NCBI GenBank assembly: GCA_963709405.1
Contig: CAVPXM010000061.1
Location: 1 to 64,000 of the forward strand
Source of the DNA: an uncultured Nitrososphaerales archaeon
Lineage (GTDB): Archaea > Thermoproteota > Nitrososphaeria > Nitrososphaerales > Nitrososphaeraceae
Direction of reading: 5' to 3'
DNA: 64,000 bases
The number at the start of each line of letters is the position of its first letter. The stretch's first letter is position 1. The notes under the pieces were generated by a model that saw only the letters and a list, made by a program, of their open reading frames with translations, was not told where the DNA came from and made no database searches. Position numbers and translations under genes: made by a program. Shown piece after piece: positions 58,033-64,000 of this stretch.

Positions 58033-58334
58033 TCTTATTTTTTTGAAACTCTTTTTACTCAAGTTCAACTTACGTAATAGAACGAAGCATGTTGGTATGG
58101 TTGGCAAACCGGTAGAGAAAGGATGATTGAGAAGTAATGACAGGCAAAGTTTTGAACCATATTATTCTTCACTCTAATTTAGTTTTTTTACATCAAACCT
58201 GATGGTAATAGTGACAAACAAGAACAACAACTAGATTTTGTTGTAGGCCTTACTCGTATCACCATCTCTAATTTGATTTACAGATTTTGTATAGTGCTGA
58301 AAGCATAATCAAAAACGAACCTTCTAAGCTGAAA

Positions 58335-58640
58335 CTATAAGATGACCTTTTCTCCTTTTTCTGAAGTAGATGTCCTAATTGCTTGGTCTATGGTCGACAC
58401 AAAAATAACACCGTCTCCATGTTGACCTTCTACTGTTTTGGCAGCCTCCGTAATTGTCTGAATAACAGAATGTAATTGTGAATCCGGGATAACGATTTCA
58501 AATTTTGCTTTTGGAATAAGATCAAATGCAACTGGTTGTCCTCTGACTGCAGATGAAAGTTGTCGGTTGTCCACCAATTATAACCACTCCCATTGCTGCC
58601 ATAAGTGCTGCAAAGCTTTCAACTTTATGATATCCAAAAT
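58335..58640 (-). pseudogene. PII nitrogen regulatory protein, N-terminus degraded
   Basis: PKAKFEIVI...AAKT...GDGVIFVSTIDQAIRTST.EKGE. Confidence 0.75.
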
Positions 58641-58797
58641 GGGACCATCTTTATTTCAGAAGTATTATCAAAGGAGCAATGTGAAGCTCCTAGTCTAGCA
58701 TGAAATCGCTAGCGATATCTACTACCTATATCGTAATAAGTTAACAGGGCCGACTGAAACAAACATAAGCTCCACTATAAAGAATATTAATCTAAAA

Positions 58798-59484
58798 GTG
58801 TTAATAAGTAGCTGGAACATGTACATATATGTGATGGCTAGTAATAGATTTGTTGTCGTAATAGGTATGTGTGTTATCATCATAAGCGGGATTGTTTATG
58901 TTACATCTCTGGGTAATAATAATAATAAATTCATGGTTTTTGCACAAGTGAATTCACAAGAAAAATCAAGCGCAATAATATTAAATTCTGCCAATGGTAT
59001 GAACAGTAACCCACTTAATGCGGCTGTAAATAGTTTGAATTTTACTAGCGCAGCAGGAAACATTGCAAGTTTACAAAATAATGCGAGTGGTAGACAAGCA
59101 TGGCTACTTTCAGGTACATGGGAGATGTTAGTATTCAAACCAAGGTTTGAAGAAAATAAAATAAAACCACCCACAGTTACTTTCGATTCTATATTTGACA
59201 TGGTGCGCTTAAATGGGGCAGCAAAACACGGACATACAATATCTTTGTCAGATTTCAATCTAACTAGTGTCAATAATTTTATGAATAGCACTGATCATGT
59301 GTCAAGGAGTACATTTAACGGCACATCTAAAATAACTATGCAAGGCAGTTCACAGAATAATGTGCCAACTAGCATAAAGATAATGGATGAAGGTACAATA
59401 AGCTTGTGGATTGATCCAAGCAAGATTAACAACCACTTTGGAAATACCCCAATATATGGCATAATATCGAAGCTATCAGGTTAG
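58798..59484 (+). CDS. Secreted/surface hypothetical protein
   Basis: N-terminal TM, GNIASLQ...WLLSGTW...NHFGNTPIYG. Confidence 0.65.
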   Translation: MLISSWNMYIYVMASNRFVVVIGMCVIIISGIVYVTSLGNNNNKFMVFAQVNSQEKSSAIILNSANGMNSNPLNAAVNSLNFTSAAGNIASLQNNASGRQAWLLSGTWEMLVFKPRFEENKIKPPTVTFDSIFDMVRLNGAAKHGHTISLSDFNLTSVNNFMNSTDHVSRSTFNGTSKITMQGSSQNNVPTSIKIMDEGTISLWIDPSKINNHFGNTPIYGIISKLSG

Positions 59485-59486
59485 TA

Positions 59487-59625
59487 AGCTCTGTAAAGTT
59501 AAGATATTTTCTCCTTGCTATAACGATATGCAACTAGATTTAACCATTTTTGTACGTGCTTCAACTTGCAATTTTTCTTTCTAGATGGAAAATAATCGTC
59601 AAAACATTCAGTTCTATCCTTTATG
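59487..59625 (-). mobile_element. IS6-family remnant (terminal repeat plus transposase C-terminus)
   Basis: GCTCTGTAAAGTTAAGATA is identical to 63748-63766. Encodes KDRTECFDDYFPSRKKNCKLKHVQKWL. Confidence 0.8.
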
Positions 59626-59707
59626 TTGTTTTATTTTTGCTATTTATATCGCTTCTATACAAAATATTGACAAAACATAATGGAAATTAATTTAAAGTAG
59701 CAGTTAA

Positions 59708-60271
59708 TTGTATATTGATGATAGAAGATTGAATATCGATAGTGCAGCAATAATAACTCTAACAATGACTTCTGTTGCTGCTATTGTCATTGGAACATTG
59801 ACATTGACATCTATACCAGAGACGATAATGCCGGGAATGAATAACGGTTATTCACATATTGCTGGAGCTCAATTGCAAAATCCTACTTCATCGATGTCAA
59901 CAACATTAAAGAACCAGATCAATACAACAGCTTTTTTAGGAGCTCCAACTAATAAGACAATTTATTTATTTTCATCAAAACATCAAGACGTTAATGAAAC
60001 ACAATTACTAATTCCATCAGATTCATTTTCTCCCTCTGAGATATCAGTCAATAAAGGTGATACTGTAAATATAGTCTTCTATAATCTTGAACAACCACCA
60101 AAAGGCGATAGACATTCGTTCACAATTGGCACACCATACAGCATAGACAAGGATTTGGCACCAGGACAACACGCTACAATTACTTTTAAAGCAACCGAAG
60201 GTGGTGTCTTCCAGTTCTTTTGCAAATACCATCAACCAACTATGAGGGGAGACTTCATAGTATTACCATGA
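59708..60271 (+). CDS. Cupredoxin (blue copper) domain protein
   Basis: TM leader, FSPSEISVNKGDTV, RHSF, FFCKYHQPTMRG (H, C, H, M ligands). Confidence 0.88.
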   Translation: MYIDDRRLNIDSAAIITLTMTSVAAIVIGTLTLTSIPETIMPGMNNGYSHIAGAQLQNPTSSMSTTLKNQINTTAFLGAPTNKTIYLFSSKHQDVNETQLLIPSDSFSPSEISVNKGDTVNIVFYNLEQPPKGDRHSFTIGTPYSIDKDLAPGQHATITFKATEGGVFQFFCKYHQPTMRGDFIVLP

Positions 60272-60290
60272 TGAGATAATAGATCGTAGC

Positions 60291-60587
60291 TCAATTCTCA
60301 GCATACTTAGCATTTATAGTGTTATTTAAATCCGCGCCCATCAGACCAAGTACTTTTTCAAGGCCTTCTTTTGTTATATTAATTAATACAAAATCTGCAC
60401 CACTGACCTTCATAGCGATCTTAATCAGATTCAAACTCTCTAATTGATATAAGTAATTGTAGACTTCGTCCTTAGGTAGATGACTATTCTCTATAACCTT
60501 CGTATCATGTACAAGATTAGTGTTATTACCGTTTGTCTTCTCTGCAACAATGTTGAGAATTTTCATCATTCCATCGCTTATTGACAT
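60291..60587 (-). CDS. Winged-helix hypothetical protein
   Basis: EVYNYLYQLESLNLIKI...INITKEG. Confidence 0.55.
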   Translation of the reverse strand: MSISDGMMKILNIVAEKTNGNNTNLVHDTKVIENSHLPKDEVYNYLYQLESLNLIKIAMKVSGADFVLINITKEGLEKVLGLMGADLNNTINAKYAEN

Positions 60588-61001
60588 TGGGTTTAAATGG
60601 CCTTTAAGCGCTGCTTAATCTTTTGGTATTAGAAGTTATAATGCAGGATACTTTCATTTCTGAATTATCTCAAACTTTGTACCATAATAAGGACAGAATT
60701 TTATGACATAGATATATGGTACAGTTTCGAATCAGACACAAATATTTCCAGCATCATCAATACCCTTTCTGTCGATGGGCTTCAGTATTCCTTGCGAACG
60801 AAACTTTTCATCAGCAATATGTCATAAGTAGGTCAATATACCAAACAGCAATCAACAGGATAAAGACACAAATTTGTATTACTATCGTAGATACCAAAAT
60901 CATATCCTAGAAAAATTCTTCATAAATAAACTTCAAAGCAATTAACATGAATAGGCCGATAAAGTGCATTGAAAAATAAGCTCCTTTTTCAATCTAGTAA
61001 A

Positions 61002-62516
61002 CTATCCACCAGCATAAGGTATATTCACTGTATTTGTTCCAACAATGCCTAGCATATTGGAATTCTTGGGCAGAAATAATGTGATCTCCCTATAATCTAG
61101 CTTTCCTACTCCTGCTTTTCCCCCTTGTTTTTGTTCCTGATACTGTATTGGATTTCCATTAACTAATACCTTAAACATTATGTCATTACCTTTGTTATCC
61201 CTTGCATCGAGCATAGCTCTTGGAATCCTTAATGCAAGTTCGCCTCCATCTGGTGAGCTTACCTTCATTGTTATAGCCTTTGTCTTAATATCTGCAAGCG
61301 ACTCTGAGACCTGAACGTCCTGTCCATGTGCTGTAATAACTCCTATTGCTGTAGCAGCTGGAGTATCCTTTGCTATTACTGGAATTGTAGTTGATATTGC
61401 ATTCGGACCTATTACAAAGACATTATTTGCATACTTGGTAGATACATATAGTGTATGGCTAGCTGGATTAGACACTATATCTTGAGGTATTAGTTCTGTG
61501 CTGCCTCCTCCTCCTCCAACTCCAATCATATCGATAGTATTAACAATTGTATTTGTTCTGCCATCTATCTTTACAATTTTGGGCTGATCCATATAGGAAG
61601 CATAGATCATATGCTCATTATCATCCACTGTTATAGCCTGTGCAGGAGATCCTATTGGAATCTTTGTAATTACCTTCTGTGTTGGAATATCCACAACAGT
61701 AATGTAATCAGTTCCTATGCTAGCAACGTATGCTAATTTCTTTTTGTTATCAATACCTAATCCCCAAGGAGCTGCACCAGTTGATATTGTGTTTAATATT
61801 TGATTTGTCTTTGTAGAGATAAAAGTTAATCCATCTCCAGCAAGGCTTGTAACCAATAAAATACCATTGTCAGGATCAACCTTTACGTTAATTGGATGTA
61901 CCGGAACTGATATGGTTCCAACTGCTTTATCCGTTCTTGTGTCTATTATATCAATTAGATTAGCGTTATAATTAGCTACATACAACATTCCATTGTTATG
62001 ATCATAGGCCATTGACCAACCTCCTGTTATAAAGGATAATGATAGAGGACCACCATTATTTTGTTCACTGAGTGGTGGTGGGGTAAGCACAATTTCACTA
62101 TTAGGTAAAGGGATTATTCTAGTTAGATTTTTTGTATTTGAATCATAAACTTCTAGTACTCCTCCTTCAAAAGGTGCTACATATAGCTTCTGTGGAATAG
62201 CTTCAACTGCCATTACTCCTGTCGTGGTACGTGTGTTAATATCACCAATAAGCTTGTTGGATGTGGTATTGATTGTTGAAACTATTGGTAAACCAAAATT
62301 AGATACGTACAGTAATTGGGAACTGTCGGATGATAAAGATAATCCCATAGGTCTGCTTGGGGTAGGTATCTGAGCAATGATATGATGTGCGTATGCCATG
62401 TGCCTGCTGGAGAAGTTGTTGTTATTAAATGATGCCATTACTACTGCCGCTGTCACAATAATGATTACAACCAAAACAGCCAGAATAAAGTTGGTTCTCT
62501 CATTTTTCATATCCAA
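61002..62516 (-). CDS. YncE/YVTN beta-propeller surface protein with a C-terminal beta-sandwich domain
   Basis: Repeated LYVAN/AYVAS/IYAS blades, N-terminal TM, LRIPRAMLDA...FKVLVNG. Confidence 0.85.
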   Translation of the reverse strand: MDMKNERTNFILAVLVVIIIVTAAVVMASFNNNNFSSRHMAYAHHIIAQIPTPSRPMGLSLSSDSSQLLYVSNFGLPIVSTINTTSNKLIGDINTRTTTGVMAVEAIPQKLYVAPFEGGVLEVYDSNTKNLTRIIPLPNSEIVLTPPPLSEQNNGGPLSLSFITGGWSMAYDHNNGMLYVANYNANLIDIIDTRTDKAVGTISVPVHPINVKVDPDNGILLVTSLAGDGLTFISTKTNQILNTISTGAAPWGLGIDNKKKLAYVASIGTDYITVVDIPTQKVITKIPIGSPAQAITVDDNEHMIYASYMDQPKIVKIDGRTNTIVNTIDMIGVGGGGGSTELIPQDIVSNPASHTLYVSTKYANNVFVIGPNAISTTIPVIAKDTPAATAIGVITAHGQDVQVSESLADIKTKAITMKVSSPDGGELALRIPRAMLDARDNKGNDIMFKVLVNGNPIQYQEQKQGGKAGVGKLDYREITLFLPKNSNMLGIVGTNTVNIPYAGG

Positions 62517-63746
62517 ATATCAGATGCTGTATTATCCATCCTTCTACCATTTATTGTTATTCTTATTTTGGAATCAAAAGATATCATATATTCGGTTTGA
62601 GAAGCATTATAACCTCTATCCATGAAAGTGTCATATTCTATATGTTATTTCTTTTGTTTTTTATTCTCCTTCCAATCAGTTGAGAAAATGATCAGTAGTC
62701 TAGCAGATTGTCTAATCACAAATACGAGATTATTCATGCTGACACTCAGGATGAAAGAGGGCTTGAGCTCTATGTACGACATCACTTGTAAAAGGCCTCA
62801 ATTTGAGATTAATCTGACTATGGAAGTTCAGAATCAGAATACACCCAGCTAAGTATTAGAATTGAATTTTCTATTCTCTTCTTTGCTAGATACGGAAAAT
62901 ATTTTGCGGAAACCATGGTGTCATGATCAATCTTCTTAATACAGAAAGGATCATCTGGCAAATAAAAATCTATATTTAAAATAATGAAAATAAGATAAGC
63001 TACCAACTAGGAGTTTGTGATCAAGATATGTTGGGAGATTAAATTGGTGAAGACAAAGCACAAGTCGAAGGATATTAGACATTCAAGATGAGATACCAAA
63101 AATGGAAACTTCTTTCCCTACAATTTGAGATTTTAAAGACGTAGAAACTACCTAGACAGGGACGTAATGCTCCACTCCAAAGCCTAGTGGAGGAATATAC
63201 TGCCAAGGTCAAGAACTGTTAATGAGGACAGATGAACAGATGTAGAAATACAGCTCTGAATATCCTCATTAATTTCAAAGTTAAAGGTTTTTACAAAACT
63301 CAATTAAAGCAAAAGTGAACTATTAGGTACCAGGCCATTTCTGTTGACTAGAATCTGTTTTGTTGGTGATGGCCTTATTTTTTAACAGATTAACTAGAGC
63401 ACTATCTCCTTTTGTTCGACTACAGAAAGACCTAGTAGGTTATCTGATGTATTTATTTGTACATACTGTGTGTGTTTATAGCTCTGTTACTTATGGTTGC
63501 TGTCTTCTCTCGATTTCCTGTTATTGTTGGAAGATAAGACTTAGTAATGGAATTTGAAAGACTTGAATGCGAGTTTAGGTGGATTTTTAAGCTTATCGTG
63601 ATGCAAATCATCTAAAATTCTCATATGTGAGCGAGTTCACTCCAAATAGAATGAGTTATTAAATATCTTAAAAACCTAATAAATATTATTAGGAACTAAA
63701 AAGATTATTTATTATTTAAGCATATTAACTGATAAAGAGGCTCTTC

Positions 63747-64000
63747 GGCTCTGTAAAGTTAAGATAACAAATTATTGTTATGATGACTAACAAATAGATC
63801 CAACCATTTTTGTATGTGTTGCAATTTACACTTACTTTTTCTACAAGGAAAATAATCATCGAAATATTCTGTTCTATCTTTGATGTATTGTACCGTCCTT
63901 TCTATGATACTTTTCTCATATGGAGAATGGATGTGATGGTGCAGTCTCAAGAATCTACAAGCCTGTGGATACCATGTACCTCCATCAGTTGAAACAGGAT
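63747..64000 (-). mobile_element. IS6-family element, 3' part (runs off the window)
   Basis: TDGGTWYPQAC...IIERTVQYIKDRTE. End GGCTCTGTAAAGTTAAG with the stop codon inside the terminal repeat. Confidence 0.85.

Noticed and set aside
1-64000. CRISPR array, rRNA or complete tRNA
   Set aside because: No regularly spaced repeats and no cloverleaf or rRNA signatures seen.
1-64000. All frameshifts being long-read errors
   Set aside because: In-frame stops, truncations and intact long genes alongside argue for real decay. Single-indel cases (23474, 43935, 49926) could still be errors.

Overview
This is an AT-rich (about 35% GC by eye), low-coding-density accessory region. Gene content suggests a soil ammonia-oxidising archaeon of the Nitrososphaerales (inference): SSV1-type integrase, pyruvoyl arginine decarboxylase, Hef helicase fragment, cupredoxin and C2H2 miniproteins. 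It is largely a gene graveyard of frameshifted or truncated genes (proline dehydrogenase and P5C dehydrogenase, pyruvate kinase, TrxB, MFS, LtrA, PII, hydrolases). It holds three IS elements with readable terminal inverted repeats (TIRs) and target-site duplications (TSDs), two miniature IS derivatives, IS6 and IS630 remnants, and short high-GC bacterial-looking captures. Intact genes include an integrase and wHTH pair, ppa, a secreted phospholipase C/acid phosphatase, a Rieske ferredoxin with a ring-cleaving dioxygenase, arsC, a cupredoxin and a beta-propeller surface protein. No rRNA, tRNA or CRISPR array was found. Two signals are least explained. One is an apparently non-coding cluster of GC-rich nested helices at about 34.75-35.79 kb with G-U pairs biased to the + strand, a candidate large structured RNA. 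The other is a set of inverted and direct TAAGGTGGTT sites upstream of the integrase, split by an IS. All protein calls come from motif recognition, not database searches.
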